Assembly (NCBI GenBank): GCA_041671125.1
Contig: JBAZCA010000007.1
Span: 1 to 48,351, forward strand
Reading direction: 5' to 3'
Source of the DNA: Patescibacteria group bacterium
GTDB taxonomy: Bacteria; Patescibacteriota; Patescibacteriia; Patescibacteriales; JBAZCA01
Length of the DNA stretch: 48,351 bases
Shown: positions 28,240-38,485 of the stretch, in pieces
Layout: every line of letters begins with the position of its first letter
How positions within the stretch are numbered: the stretch's first letter is position 1
Made by a program: the position numbers and the translations under genes
Notes under the pieces: generated by a model
The model's input: the letters and a program-made list of their open reading frames with translations, nothing else
What the model was told of the DNA's origin: nothing
Databases searched by the model: none

Positions 28240-29211
28240 TTACTCACTTTTACCAAACATCCTTACGATTTTACTCGTTCCACCTTTATTAATAAGCTCA
28301 AGAAACAGCCCGGTCCAGGCCGAAACCTGAAAAGTCGCGAGGATGGCTCCGGCCAGGAAAAGAAGAGCCATAAAGCCCGCAAAACCGAGTAACGCAACCA
28401 GCCAAAAACCGGCGACTGACCCAAAATTAATGAAAATCGCCGCGAGAAAAAGAAAGGGCACGGACAAAACAAGAACGATGAAGATGGCGAGAAGACCGAG
28501 GGCAAAATTTATTAAAGTGAGAAGTAAAGCCATCTCAACACTAACGAGCCAGTTTTCTTTAAATAGTTTCCAGCCGTTTCCAAGGGCGGCAAAAAGCGGC
28601 TGGCCTTTTATGACCACGTAGCCGATTGAATATTTAATGATAAAAGAAATAAAAATTGAAACCGGAATGAGGATGATAAATAAAATGACATAAAGCGGCG
28701 CGGCAAGGCTGAGGCTAACGGCTATCGGAATAAGGAGTAAAATGAAAATTCCGGAAAAAATCAGCCGGTTAAATAAATTCAGGATAAAAACCGGCCAAAA
28801 ATTACTTATGCCCGACTGGAGCGTTTCGCGGAAAGCCGTCTTTTTATTCTGGATTATTTTAGCCGACGAATTTACTAAAGCCGCCTGGGAAATAATTACC
28901 AGCCAGACAAGAAAAACGCCGGCCGCCAGGGTTAATAGAAGGACGATGATGATAATGGAAAAATTTATCGGATCAGTGGCGGCGGTTCTGGCTACATTTC
29001 TCATTCCGTCCATGGTAAAAATTCCAGTATCTGCGAGAGTCCTTAGTCCGGGAAAAAGTCCGGCGCCTTCTTCATCGCCAAAAGTTTTAACAATGATTTC
29101 GTACTCTCCGCCGTTCCCTAAAAGAGCGGTAAAGAGGCCAAAAAACCAAAGGAACCGGAATTTCCAGGTAATTTCCCAGGCTTTTTTTATTATGTGGCGA
29201 TAAAAGGTCAT
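28240..29211 (-). CDS. hypothetical polytopic membrane protein
   Basis: 323-aa ORF with about 7 TM helices and the N-terminus ...AWEITWKFRFLWFFGLFTALLG. No catalytic motif recognised. Confidence 0.7.
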   Translation of the reverse strand: MTFYRHIIKKAWEITWKFRFLWFFGLFTALLGNGGEYEIIVKTFGDEEGAGLFPGLRTLADTGIFTMDGMRNVARTAATDPINFSIIIIVLLLTLAAGVFLVWLVIISQAALVNSSAKIIQNKKTAFRETLQSGISNFWPVFILNLFNRLIFSGIFILLLIPIAVSLSLAAPLYVILFIILIPVSIFISFIIKYSIGYVVIKGQPLFAALGNGWKLFKENWLVSVEMALLLTLINFALGLLAIFIVLVLSVPFLFLAAIFINFGSVAGFWLVALLGFAGFMALLFLAGAILATFQVSAWTGLFLELINKGGTSKIVRMFGKSE

Positions 29212-29372
29212 AATTTTTCAATCTCGCATCTCATAACTCGTATCTCGTATCATCTTTACGATAATTTAATTTTTGAGAAAAATTTGAGATATGAGATTTA
29301 AGATACGAGATACAATAATTATACCATTTATCGGAAAAGCTGAAAAGGGGGTATAAAAATTTCCAGGCATGA

Positions 29373-31244
29373 TTAGACAACTTTGGGAACGGCTTCCTCT
29401 TTTTTAGAATTTATGGCGGGTTTTTCGCCGACTAGTTTTTCAAAATCTTCCTTTTCAATGGTTTCTTTTTCCATCAGTTCTTTTACGACTTTTTCCAGCT
29501 GATCCTTTTTCCCGGAAATAATTTCCGCGGCTAATTTCATGCCTTCTTTCATTAATAAAGATATTTCTTTGTCTATCTGCTCGGCCGCTTTTTCCGAATA
29601 GTCCCTTTGTTCGTGAATTTCGCGCCCGAGAAAAATCATTTCGTCTTTTTCGCCGAAAGTCCTTGGCCCGAGTTCGTCCGACATGCCGTAATCGGTTATG
29701 AGTCGCCTAGCGACCTGAGTCGCGCGCCGAAGATCCGACTGGGCGCCGGTTGACGGTTCGCCGAAAATTTCTCTTTCGGTCATATGGCCGGCGAGAAGAA
29801 CCGCGATTTCTTCAAGAAATTCTGTCCGGGTATGGTAATGTTTGTCCGCCGAAGGAAGTTTTAAAGTATAACCTCCGGCCCGGCCGCGAGCGATAATGGA
29901 TATTTTATGCACGGCGTCAGTATGAGGAAGGAAGTGGGCGACGACAGCATGTCCGGCTTCGTGGTAGGCGGTTATTTTTTTCTCGTTATCCGAAAGGACG
30001 CGCGAGCGCCTTTCGGGTCCAAGCATGACTTTTTCAATTGATTCCAAAACGTCGGGCATTTCAATTATTTTCTTGTCGCGCCGGGCGGCTAAGATAGCGG
30101 CTTCGTTTAAGAGGTTAGCGAGATCAGCGCCGGAAAATCCCGGAGTCCGCTCAGCCACCCGCCTTAGATTAATATCTTTGCCGAGCGGCTTTTCTCTCGC
30201 GTGGACTTTTAAAATCGCTTCCCGGTCGGCAATGTCCGGCTCGTCCAGTATCACCCGCCGGTCAAAGCGTCCGGGTCTAAGTAGCGCCGGATCTAAGACA
30301 TCCGGCCGGTTGGTCGCCGCGACGATGATCACGTTCTCATTTTCTTCAAAACCGTCCATCTCCACTAAAATCTGATTTAGGGTCTGTTCCCGCTCGTCGT
30401 GCGATCCGCCGAGCCCCGCCCCCCGCCTTCGGCCGACCGCGTCAATTTCGTCAATAAAAACTATACAGGGCGAACTTTTTTTCGCCCGCCGGAAAAGGTC
30501 GCGGACGCGCGAAGCGCCGACGCCGACGAACATCTCAACGAATTCAGAGCCGGAGATGCTGTAAAAAGGCACGTTGGCTTCGCCGGCCACGGCTTTGGCG
30601 AGCAAAGTTTTTCCGACGCCCGGCGCGCCTAAAAGAAGGACGCCGCGGGGAATCCTGGCTCCGAGTTCAATAAATTTTTTCGGGTATTTCAAAAAGTCCA
30701 CTACCTCTTTTAATTCTTCCTTCGCCTCTTTCACGCCGGCCACGTCCTTAAAAGTAACTTTCACCTTATTTTCTTTGCCAAATTCTTTAGCCTGGGACTG
30801 CCCGAACATCATAGCCCGGCTGTTCGCTCCCGCGACCGAACGCATCATGAAATAAATAAAGACGCCGATTAATAATAAAGGCAAAAGGAAAGGCAAGATT
30901 GAACCGAGCAAGAACGAAGTGCCGGATTCGCCCTTTACTTCAACGCTAATCGCGGCGATTTTATCCGGAGCGATGCCGTAATTTTTTACGATATCGGAAA
31001 AACTTTCTCCAATCTCTTTTTTAACGCTCTCCTTTTTCCCGTCTTTCAGGGTTATTTCCAGGCTGTCGCCTTCAACGGAAATCTTATCAACTTCCCCGTT
31101 ATTGATCTGGCCGACCAAAGCCGGTATACCGACGGTTTCGGGTTTTTTCCCGGTATTAAAGCCGTTCTGAAAAACGCTGAACAGGCTGATTATTAAAACA
31201 AAAATTAGAAAAAATATAAAGAAATTTTTTATCAGGTTGGACAT
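29373..31244 (-). CDS. ftsH: ATP-dependent zinc metalloprotease FtsH
   Basis: 623 aa. Walker [14 protein letters not shown], Walker [10 protein letters not shown], zinc site HEAGHAV and two N-terminal TM helices. Confidence 0.98.
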   Translation of the reverse strand: MSNLIKNFFIFFLIFVLIISLFSVFQNGFNTGKKPETVGIPALVGQINNGEVDKISVEGDSLEITLKDGKKESVKKEIGESFSDIVKNYGIAPDKIAAISVEVKGESGTSFLLGSILPFLLPLLLIGVFIYFMMRSVAGANSRAMMFGQSQAKEFGKENKVKVTFKDVAGVKEAKEELKEVVDFLKYPKKFIELGARIPRGVLLLGAPGVGKTLLAKAVAGEANVPFYSISGSEFVEMFVGVGASRVRDLFRRAKKSSPCIVFIDEIDAVGRRRGAGLGGSHDEREQTLNQILVEMDGFEENENVIIVAATNRPDVLDPALLRPGRFDRRVILDEPDIADREAILKVHAREKPLGKDINLRRVAERTPGFSGADLANLLNEAAILAARRDKKIIEMPDVLESIEKVMLGPERRSRVLSDNEKKITAYHEAGHAVVAHFLPHTDAVHKISIIARGRAGGYTLKLPSADKHYHTRTEFLEEIAVLLAGHMTEREIFGEPSTGAQSDLRRATQVARRLITDYGMSDELGPRTFGEKDEMIFLGREIHEQRDYSEKAAEQIDKEISLLMKEGMKLAAEIISGKKDQLEKVVKELMEKETIEKEDFEKLVGEKPAINSKKEEAVPKVV

Positions 31245-31396
31245 ATGATTAGCGGACTGGCAAGCCAGTTTTATATTAGTTTAGCGCGCTCAACGCTATA
31301 TTAAGACGCGAACATTAAGTAATTTATAACTACCCTCAGTATATAGTTTTAACCCAAAAAAAACAAGAATGCCGGATTAAGTGCAAAATTCTCAAT

Positions 31397-31434
31397 AAAA
31401 AACATCCCGCCGCGAAACGCAATGGGATGTTTTT
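31397..31434 (-). terminator. Rho-independent terminator after rpsA
   Basis: Minus strand reads AAAAACATCCC-loop-GGGATGTTTTTT, 14 nt after the rpsA stop. Confidence 0.7.
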
Positions 31435-31447
31435 ATGAGAATTTCTA

Positions 31448-32752
31448 TTATTTTTCTTTCTTAGCTTCCTTCTTCGCCTTCGGCTTTTTTGCCGGAGCTT
31501 CTTTTTTATCATCCTCACCTTCGGCCGCTGTTTCTTTTTCCGCTTTAGCTTTCGGGGCTTTTTTAGCTTTTTTCGGTTCTTCGGCTTTTTCGTCAGCTTC
31601 CTCACCGGGCGCTTTGGCTTCGTCAGCCTTGGCTTTCTTGACCTGCCCGGCTTCAGAGCCTTCCTCTTTTTTCACGGTGAGCCCGAGGCGATGCTCTCTT
31701 GGTTCAAGGGAAATAATGGTAAACTCCCTTTCTTCCCCTTCTTTATAGATTTCGTTAATTTTCTGGTTCGGCGCGAGACCAAGCTGGTTGATATGAGCGA
31801 GGCCGTGGATGTCCGCGTCCAGGGCGACAAAAAGGCCAAAAGGATTAATTTTTAAGATTTTTCCTTTTACCACCTGCTCAACTTTATATCTCTCACCGGC
31901 CTCTTCCCAGGGGTTTTTCATGAGTTTCTTCGCGGAGAGGAATATCTTTGAGCCGGTCATGGAAATAATTTCGGCTTTTATCGCATCGCCGACTTTATAA
32001 AGCGAAGACGGGTTCTCAATCCTTTGCCAGGCCAGCTCGGAAATATGGATCAGTCCTTCAAGATTCTCACCGAATTTTATGAACACGCCGAAATCGGTTA
32101 CCGCCGTAATAGTGCCATCAATCAACGATCCAATCTGGTATTGGCCGATTATGTCTTTTCTCCGTTCCAGCCAAGCGTCTTTTTCCGAAAAAATAATCTT
32201 GTTTTCCTTTTCGTCAAGCGTAATCACTTTCACCTCAAATTCTCTTCCGGCGAAAGTTCTGAGCTTGTCTAAAATCTTTGACTTGTCCCCGCCTTCAACT
32301 CGCGGATAATTTTCCGGCGAAAGCTGGGATACCGGAAGGAAGCCGGCAATCTGCCTGAAATTGGAAAGCAATCCGCCTTTGTTAGCGGCGACGATTTTCA
32401 CTTTGATATTATTCCTGTTTTCATAAGCGTCGCGCAAAACCTGCCAGGCCTTTTCCTCGCCCGCGTGGCGGAATGAAAGTTCCAGCTCGCCGTTTTCATT
32501 TTCTTCCTCAGTCACAGTCGCTTCGGTCGTGTCGCCGGTTTTAAGGTTCGCGTATTCTTCAGCTTCGTTGTAAAGCTCGCGGCCGCGGACCACGCCGGTC
32601 ATGATACCGTCAATATCTAATTTGACTTCGGCTTTGGAAGCCGAGACCACGGTTCCGGTTACAATATCCCCGACTTTGGGGACTTTTATCGGATTCTCTT
32701 CCAACAAAGCCTGAAAATCGCTGTTTGCCGATTTGTTCTTATCATCTTCCAT
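31448..32752 (-). CDS. rpsA: 30S ribosomal protein S1 (four S1 domains) with a Lys/Ala/Glu-rich C-terminal tail
   Basis: 434 aa with repeated S1/OB motifs (VGDIVTGTVV..., GSLIDGTITAVTDFGVFIKF, VVKGKILKINPFGLFVAL). The last 74 aa are a low-complexity KAE-rich tail. Confidence 0.9.
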   Translation of the reverse strand: MEDDKNKSANSDFQALLEENPIKVPKVGDIVTGTVVSASKAEVKLDIDGIMTGVVRGRELYNEAEEYANLKTGDTTEATVTEEENENGELELSFRHAGEEKAWQVLRDAYENRNNIKVKIVAANKGGLLSNFRQIAGFLPVSQLSPENYPRVEGGDKSKILDKLRTFAGREFEVKVITLDEKENKIIFSEKDAWLERRKDIIGQYQIGSLIDGTITAVTDFGVFIKFGENLEGLIHISELAWQRIENPSSLYKVGDAIKAEIISMTGSKIFLSAKKLMKNPWEEAGERYKVEQVVKGKILKINPFGLFVALDADIHGLAHINQLGLAPNQKINEIYKEGEEREFTIISLEPREHRLGLTVKKEEGSEAGQVKKAKADEAKAPGEEADEKAEEPKKAKKAPKAKAEKETAAEGEDDKKEAPAKKPKAKKEAKKEK

Positions 32753-32893
32753 AAGTGCTATGCCAGTCTTTATTATTCCCGCAAATAAAAAAAGACGTTT
32801 TAACCTCTGCCTCTGGCAAAAGCTCTTCGGCCGCCTTTATACCGAAGATTTCATTAAAGGCGTTATGAATTTCCTTAATTATACATAAATACC

Positions 32894-32936
32894 AAAAAAA
32901 ATCAAGGAACCCCGAAGAAATAGAAGATTCCTTGAT
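32894..32936 (-). terminator. Rho-independent terminator after the thioredoxin-fold lipoprotein gene
   Basis: Minus strand reads ATCAAGGAA-loop-TTCCTTGAT followed by TTTTTTTT. Confidence 0.65.
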
Positions 32937-33040
32937 GTAATTTTTTTCTGGCCTCACTATGAATTACCGGGAATTAAACACAAAATTTTCAAACCAAAAA
33001 ATTATTCTTAATTCTTAATTCACAATTCTTAATTCATTCC

Positions 33041-34042
33041 CTACTCCGCGCACCCGGCGTCCGCCGAACCTCCGGCCACGGTTCCTTCCCCGAAACCGGG
33101 AGCCGGACTGTCGGATGAAAGTTTTTCCTTGCATTCTTCCGGCGCGTTGTTAAAGCCGGCGCAGATAGTCGCCATCAAATCGGCCTGGCTCCGGCCGGAT
33201 TGGGCTTCGCCGCCGTTTACGATCAGGGTCGGTGAACCGCCTACCCCGTATTTTTCATTATCAGCCGCGTAAACTCCGAAGGACGGATAACTGCCTTTAA
33301 AATCAATCTTTCCATTAAATTTTTTCATGATTTCAAACTGGCTGTCAGTCTCGGCCGCGCAGGAAGCGACTTTCGCCAAATCAACTCCGGATTCTTTTAA
33401 GCAGGCTTCGCCGTTCCCTTCCTTTAAAAAACATTTTAAATAACTTATAAGCTTATTCGGTTCATTTTTCTGGACGCAATATTGGTTTAACTCTTCTTTA
33501 AGCTCTTTTTCGCCGTGCATGGCGTAATCGCAAAATTTCAATTTAAAATCAATCTTATCGCCGAGTTTTTCCACGACCGGGATTATGCCTTTTTCGATCT
33601 GAGTGCCGTAGGGGCAATGGCTCATGACAAAAAGCTCAACCACCGGCTTATCGCTCTTAGCAATATTAGCCGGAGCGGGCTCACTGGCCGCGGTATCCTC
33701 ATTCTCCGTATTGCCGGCCGCCTGGGCGCCTTCAACGCTTAAGGCCTGCGGGAAGAAAGTCTTCCCGTCCTTCGTAATGTAGGAATCAACCTTTTGCCCG
33801 TCGCCGAGATTAACCGAAAGCTTATAAAGCCCGTTTTCATCCACGATAGAATCAACCGTGGCTTTCCGACCCTGCATTAAATTTTCATTTATGTAAGTTT
33901 CCGCTTTGGCCTTAGCTTCTTCGGGCTTTAAAATTTTCGCCTTGGAGGATTTTAAATCCGCCAAGGAACAACCGGTTAAAACTAACGCTAACGCCATTGA
34001 TATCCCTCCGATTTTCGCCCATCTCGCAATGATTGTTTTCAT
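33041..34042 (-). CDS. secreted lipoprotein with a thioredoxin-like fold and a monothiol CPYG site (DsbA/GILT-like)
   Basis: 333 aa. The signal peptide has a lipobox (ALALVLTGC, Cys25). VVELFVMSHCPYGTQ sits where a CxxC motif would be in a thioredoxin fold. Nine further Cys residues lie in the C-terminal half. AAAGGAG lies upstream of the ATG. Confidence 0.65.
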   Translation of the reverse strand: MKTIIARWAKIGGISMALALVLTGCSLADLKSSKAKILKPEEAKAKAETYINENLMQGRKATVDSIVDENGLYKLSVNLGDGQKVDSYITKDGKTFFPQALSVEGAQAAGNTENEDTAASEPAPANIAKSDKPVVELFVMSHCPYGTQIEKGIIPVVEKLGDKIDFKLKFCDYAMHGEKELKEELNQYCVQKNEPNKLISYLKCFLKEGNGEACLKESGVDLAKVASCAAETDSQFEIMKKFNGKIDFKGSYPSFGVYAADNEKYGVGGSPTLIVNGGEAQSGRSQADLMATICAGFNNAPEECKEKLSSDSPAPGFGEGTVAGGSADAGCAE

Positions 34043-34137
34043 ATTTTTTTCTCCTTTATATTATTATTTTTTAAACGCTATCATTCTTAATTGGCTATCA
34101 TACCATGAAATCGCGCGGCGCGCAAAAATAGATTCTG

Positions 34138-34206
34138 CTACAGAATAACCAGTAGAACAATTACCGCGATAAGCGCGAAAAAAAGAAAAGCAATGATTTT
34201 TCCCAT
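34138..34206 (-). CDS. candidate 22-aa hydrophobic peptide (MGKIIAFLFFALIAVIVLLVIL)
   Basis: ATG at 34204-34206 preceded by GGGAG with a 5-nt spacer, and TAG at 34138-34140. It is on the same strand as all neighbours, between gyrA and the lipoprotein gene. Below the ORF-track size cut-off. Confidence 0.3.
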   Translation of the reverse strand: MGKIIAFLFFALIAVIVLLVIL

Positions 34207-34244
34207 GGACACTCCCAATCTTTTTTTGTCAATTAAAGGCATGT

Positions 34245-34345
34245 ATTCAATTATCAATTATCAATTTACAATGATCAATGAATTTTCAAACGTTTGAAAA
34301 TTGAATCATTGAAAATTTAAAATTGATCATTGGCAATTGATAATT
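34245..34345. repeat. AT-rich long imperfect palindrome directly after the gyrA stop
   Basis: AATTATCAATT...CAATGATCAAT...GAATTTTCAAA pairs with TTTGAAAATT...ATTGATCATTG...AATTGATAATT. It uses the same word set as 7434-7522. Confidence 0.75.
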
Positions 34346-34348
34346 AGT

Positions 34349-36967
34349 TTACACCCATGTCGTAGACGCGACTTTATCGCCTTTTTCTTTAAAGCGCATG
34401 AGGCGGACGCCCTGGGTATCCCGCCCAAGCTTCGGCACTGATTTAAACGGCAGGCGGATGACCTGGCCGCTCGCGGCAATAATGATCATGTCCTTATCGC
34501 TCATCTTTTCCTTATCCACAATAAAAGCGTTCACGATGTCTCCGGTTTTAGCCGTTACTTTGGCGGTCCTTATCCCTGACCCTCCCCGGCCCTGGATTTT
34601 AAAGAGATCCAGGGGAGAAACTTTTCCAAAACCGTTTTCCATGACAACGAGGGCCATGCTCTTTTTTAATTTTTCCTTGTCATTTTTTATCACTCCCATG
34701 CCGACAACGAGATCGTCTTTTTTAAGGCGGATACCCCTTACCCCGGCCGCTCCCCGGCCCATGTCCCGGACATCGGTTTCTTTAAACCTGATGGACTGAC
34801 CCTTAGCGGTTATGAGTTGGATTTCATCCTTGCCGCCGGTCGGCTTGGCCCAGATTAACCGGTCATCCGCGTTAATTTTTATGGCGATAAGGCCGGACCG
34901 GCGAACGTTAGCAAAAGCCGAAAGCTCTACTTTTTTAACCAGCCCTTTTTCCGTGGCGAAAAAAAGATATTTGCTTGACGTAATTTTATTTAACGGCAGG
35001 ATTGAGGTTACGCTCTCCGAACCTTCCAGCTGGAGGAAATTGACAATCGCCTGTCCTTTGGCGGTTCGGGCCGACTGGGGAATTTCATAGGCTTTGAGCT
35101 GGAACGCCCGGCCTTTGGTGGTAAAAAACAGTAGGTCGCTGTGGGTGTTGGTCATAAACATGAATTCCACCATATCTTCTTCTTTGGTCGTAAGGCCGAT
35201 TACGCCCTTGCCTCCCCGCGCCTGAGCCTTAAACGTATCGGGCGGCAGGCGTTTTATGTAGCCGTCGCGGGTCATCATCACCATGGTTTCCTCGTCCGGA
35301 ACGAGATCTTCCATCTTAAATTCCTTTATGTCGCCGGCGACAATGGCGGTTCTTCTCTCGTCGCGGTAATTTTCGTTTAATTCCTTTAATCCGTCCTTAA
35401 TAACGCCGCGAATTTTATTCTTTGACTTCAAAAGCTCTTCCAGTTCTTTTATGAGTTTTTTCTTATCCTTTAACTCGGTTTCAATTTTTAAGCGCTCGAG
35501 GTTAGCGAGCGTCGCCAGCTTCATTTCCAGGATGGCGATAGCCTGCCGTTCGGTCAGCTTGAATTTCTTTATGAGGTTAACCTTTGCCTCTTCGCGATCC
35601 TTTGACTTCTTTATGGTCGCGATCACCTCGTCAATTCTCGCCAGGGCAATCATTAAACCTTCTAAAATATGAGCCCGGTCTTTAGCTCTCCTAAGTTCAA
35701 ATTCAGTCCGGCGCCGGATTACAACTTCCCTATGCTTTATATATTCCTCAAGGATCATTTTGAGGTTTAAAACTTTCGGCTGGATGCCGTCCACGAGAGC
35801 GAGCATGTTAACGTGAAAGGTTTCCTGAAGCTGGGTCATCTTGTAAAGATTGTTTAAAATCTTTTTCGGGTAAGCGTCTTTTTTCAGTTCAATAACAACG
35901 CGGACGCCGTCTTTATCCGATTCGTCGCGCAAATCCCTGATGCCTTCAATTTTTTTGTCTTTTACCAGGTCGGCGATTTTTTCCACCAAAGTCGCTTTGT
36001 TAAGCTGGAAAGGAATTTCCGTGATTATGATCCTGAAACTCCCGCCCTTGGTTTCAACGATTTCGGCCCGGCCGCGGGTAACAATTCCGCCTTTGCCGGT
36101 CGCGTAAGCCTGTAATATATCCCGCCGGTTATAGATAATTCCGCCGGTCGGAAAATCAGGGCCTTTAATAAAAACCATAAGATCCTCAACCGTAGCGTCC
36201 GGGTTGTCTATTAGATGGGTTATCCCGTCAATCAGTTCGCCTAAATTATGCGGCGGGATATTAGTGGCCATGCCGACCGCGATGCCCATCGCTCCGTTCA
36301 TGAGAAGATTCGGCAGTTTAGCCGGCAGGACGCGGGGTTCTTTCTGTGATCCGTCGTAGTTCGGAACAAAATCCACCGTGTCCTTGTCTATGTCAAAAAG
36401 TATTTCTTCGGCGATTTTCGCCAGTTTCGCTTCGGTATATCTCATGGCCGCCGCCCGATCGCCGTCCATAGAACCGAAATTTCCCTGGCCTTTGATGAGC
36501 TGATAGCGCATGGAAAAATCCTGAGCCATCCGGACCATGGAATCATAAACCGCCACGTCGCCGTGCGGATGATATTTACCTAAAACTTCTCCGACGACGG
36601 TAGCCGATTTCCTAAATTTGGCGTTGGCGCGGAGCCCTAAATTCCACATGGCGTAAAGAATCCGCCGGTGCACCGGCTTTAAACCGTCCCGGACGTCCGG
36701 CAGGGCGCGGGCGACGATAACCGTCATGGCGTAATCCAGATAAGATTTTTCCATTTCCCTGACGATTGAATGCGGTTCAACCATGCCGTAAGCCGTTTCC
36801 ATCTTTTTTTCAATCACCAAAGAAGCCGCCGGTTTAACGCCGTTTTCTTTTTCAGCCGATCCATTTTCATCTTTCGCTTCCGGAGCCTTAGCTACTTCTT
36901 CATCATCCCTCTTTTTCGGTTTTTTAGCGGCTCCTGGCTCTTTATTTTTTTTAACATTCTTTGCCAT
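34349..36967 (-). CDS. gyrA: DNA gyrase subunit A with a charged N-terminal extension of about 55 aa
   Basis: 872 aa. Contains GKYHPHGD, the catalytic-Tyr motif [10 protein letters not shown] and C-terminal beta-pinwheel repeats. Confidence 0.98.
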   Translation of the reverse strand: MAKNVKKNKEPGAAKKPKKRDDEEVAKAPEAKDENGSAEKENGVKPAASLVIEKKMETAYGMVEPHSIVREMEKSYLDYAMTVIVARALPDVRDGLKPVHRRILYAMWNLGLRANAKFRKSATVVGEVLGKYHPHGDVAVYDSMVRMAQDFSMRYQLIKGQGNFGSMDGDRAAAMRYTEAKLAKIAEEILFDIDKDTVDFVPNYDGSQKEPRVLPAKLPNLLMNGAMGIAVGMATNIPPHNLGELIDGITHLIDNPDATVEDLMVFIKGPDFPTGGIIYNRRDILQAYATGKGGIVTRGRAEIVETKGGSFRIIITEIPFQLNKATLVEKIADLVKDKKIEGIRDLRDESDKDGVRVVIELKKDAYPKKILNNLYKMTQLQETFHVNMLALVDGIQPKVLNLKMILEEYIKHREVVIRRRTEFELRRAKDRAHILEGLMIALARIDEVIATIKKSKDREEAKVNLIKKFKLTERQAIAILEMKLATLANLERLKIETELKDKKKLIKELEELLKSKNKIRGVIKDGLKELNENYRDERRTAIVAGDIKEFKMEDLVPDEETMVMMTRDGYIKRLPPDTFKAQARGGKGVIGLTTKEEDMVEFMFMTNTHSDLLFFTTKGRAFQLKAYEIPQSARTAKGQAIVNFLQLEGSESVTSILPLNKITSSKYLFFATEKGLVKKVELSAFANVRRSGLIAIKINADDRLIWAKPTGGKDEIQLITAKGQSIRFKETDVRDMGRGAAGVRGIRLKKDDLVVGMGVIKNDKEKLKKSMALVVMENGFGKVSPLDLFKIQGRGGSGIRTAKVTAKTGDIVNAFIVDKEKMSDKDMIIIAASGQVIRLPFKSVPKLGRDTQGVRLMRFKEKGDKVASTTWV

Positions 36968-37004
36968 ATTTATTTTTTTCTTTTTTTAGATTGATTCGCG
37001 CGAA

Positions 37005-37601
37005 TCAATTCCCCTCCAGCCTCTTTTCCAACTCCTCAATTTTTTTCCTTAATTCTTTTAAATCAACCTGCTCAGCTGACGCGTCAGTGGAACTGGCAAT
37101 TCCGCTTCCGGTTTCCGGGCTCGCCGCGTCATCGGACGGGGTACTGCTTGCCGCGCCGTCCGAAGGCAGGGTAGCCGGAGAACTCGTCGCGTTTTCTTCT
37201 CCGGCAATATTTTTTACTTCGCTAATCCCCTTTTTCGCCTCTTCCATGGATCGGGAAAAATTTTCCGAAATCTCTTCCCAGTTTAAATCGCTTCCCGCCG
37301 TTTCCGGCGCCGCTTTAAAAACGCTTTTTATATTAATGGCCCAGATTATAATTATCGCCAGCATAAAAAAAGTCACCCCGCTCCACATCACCAGCCGTTT
37401 ATTCCTTTCCACCTCTTCAGGCGCTACCGGGACTTCAAGCGGTTCCTCAAATTTAAGGTTCACGGCGTTAATTTTGTCTTTCATTACCTCTTCTTCCGGC
37501 GCGCGGCGGGTAACTTTCAGGCTTCTCTTTAACGGTTTTGACGCCTTTTGCGCCTTCTTCGCCCGGGTTTCTTTTTTTACCTCGTTTTTCCTCCTTGGCA
37601 T
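37005..37601 (-). CDS. hypothetical single-pass membrane protein
   Basis: 198 aa. Basic N-terminus, one TM helix (VMWSGVTFFMLAIIIIWAINI) and a Ser/Ala/Asp-rich region ending in a short coiled coil. The overlapping plus-strand ORF 36961..37614 has shadow-like S/F/L composition. Confidence 0.6.
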   Translation of the reverse strand: MPRRKNEVKKETRAKKAQKASKPLKRSLKVTRRAPEEEVMKDKINAVNLKFEEPLEVPVAPEEVERNKRLVMWSGVTFFMLAIIIIWAINIKSVFKAAPETAGSDLNWEEISENFSRSMEEAKKGISEVKNIAGEENATSSPATLPSDGAASSTPSDDAASPETGSGIASSTDASAEQVDLKELRKKIEELEKRLEGN

Positions 37602-37667
37602 AGTAAAAAATTAAAATATGAAAATCAAAATGTAAAATGACAATGCAAAATTCAAAAATTAATTTAT

Positions 37668-37747
37668 CGTCATCCTGAGCGCAGCGAAGGATCCCGTGAA
37701 TAGAGCTATTACCACGAGATTCTTCGGCCTTCGGCCTCAGAATGACG
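37668..37747. repeat. Family A inverted-repeat element, copy 4
   Basis: CGTCATCCTGAGCGCAGCGAAGGATCCCGTG ... GAGATTCTTCGGCCTTCGGCCTCAGAATGACG. The right arm is identical to copy 1. It is flanked by complementary AT-rich words (AAAATCAAAATGTAA / TTACATTTTGATTTT). Confidence 0.85.
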
Positions 37748-37775
37748 AATTACATTTTGATTTTTAATTTTTACA

Positions 37776-38423
37776 TTAAATTTTTAATATCACCAACTCC
37801 ATGTCCTCCTGCGGCAGATCCTTCTTGGAAATTTTCAGCTTTTCTTCTTCGGTCGGTTTAATCCCGAGTTCTTTGACGAATTTTTCCACCCCGTCTATAT
37901 CGGTAATTTTTCCGCCGGCGGTTTTATAGTGCATCGGAATAACGATCCGCGGTTCAATCTGGTTAATTACTTCAACGGCTTTTTTCGCGTCAATCGTGTA
38001 TTTGCCACCGACCGGGATCATGAGAATATCGCACTTGCCGATTTTTTCCAGCTGTTTATCGGTTAAGACATGCCCGAGGTCGCCGAGATGGACGATAGCG
38101 ATCCCTTCCATTTCCATCCAGTAAATTATATTCCGGCCACGTTCAGCGCCTTCTTTTTCGTCGTGATGCGAATCAATCCCTTCAATGGAAATTCCTTTAA
38201 CGTCGTATTCACCGGCCGCGTTTATTATAAAAGGCTTGCCGCGCAGGGCGTCCGCGTTATTATGGTCATGGTGGCCGTGGCTAACCGTAACGATGTCCGC
38301 CTCAAAGTTCGGCACTTTAAAACCGGTATTAGCGTCAAAAGGGTCGGTAACGATAGTGATCGCGTCCGGACCGGTTTTATCCTGAATTTTAAAGCATGAA
38401 TGTCCGAGCCAGGTGATATGCAT
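37776..38423 (-). CDS. metallo-beta-lactamase-fold hydrolase (UPF0173-like)
   Basis: 215 aa. MHITWLGHSCFKI... and VTVSHGHHDH (HxHxDH motif). Confidence 0.85.
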   Translation of the reverse strand: MHITWLGHSCFKIQDKTGPDAITIVTDPFDANTGFKVPNFEADIVTVSHGHHDHNNADALRGKPFIINAAGEYDVKGISIEGIDSHHDEKEGAERGRNIIYWMEMEGIAIVHLGDLGHVLTDKQLEKIGKCDILMIPVGGKYTIDAKKAVEVINQIEPRIVIPMHYKTAGGKITDIDGVEKFVKELGIKPTEEEKLKISKKDLPQEDMELVILKI

Positions 38424-38485
38424 ATTTTGAGTTAAAAGTTTAAAGTTAAAAATTCAAAGTTGATCTGATGAGATATTCGTTGACT

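Noticed and set aside
31336-31605. Minus-strand 89-aa Lys/Arg-rich ORF
   Set aside because: It is an alternative frame of the Lys-rich rpsA tail and runs through the rpsA terminator hairpin.
32742-32957. Minus-strand 71-aa ORF upstream of rpsA
   Set aside because: It spans the terminator hairpin at 32894-32936 and the rpsA leader, overlaps the rpsA start, and has no RBS or recognisable features.
36961-37614. Plus-strand 217-aa ORF fully overlapping the minus-strand 198-aa ORF
   Set aside because: It has the S/F/L-rich composition typical of the antisense frame of an E/K/A-rich gene. The minus-strand product has a coherent basic N-terminus, a TM helix and a coiled coil, and matches the universal gene orientation.
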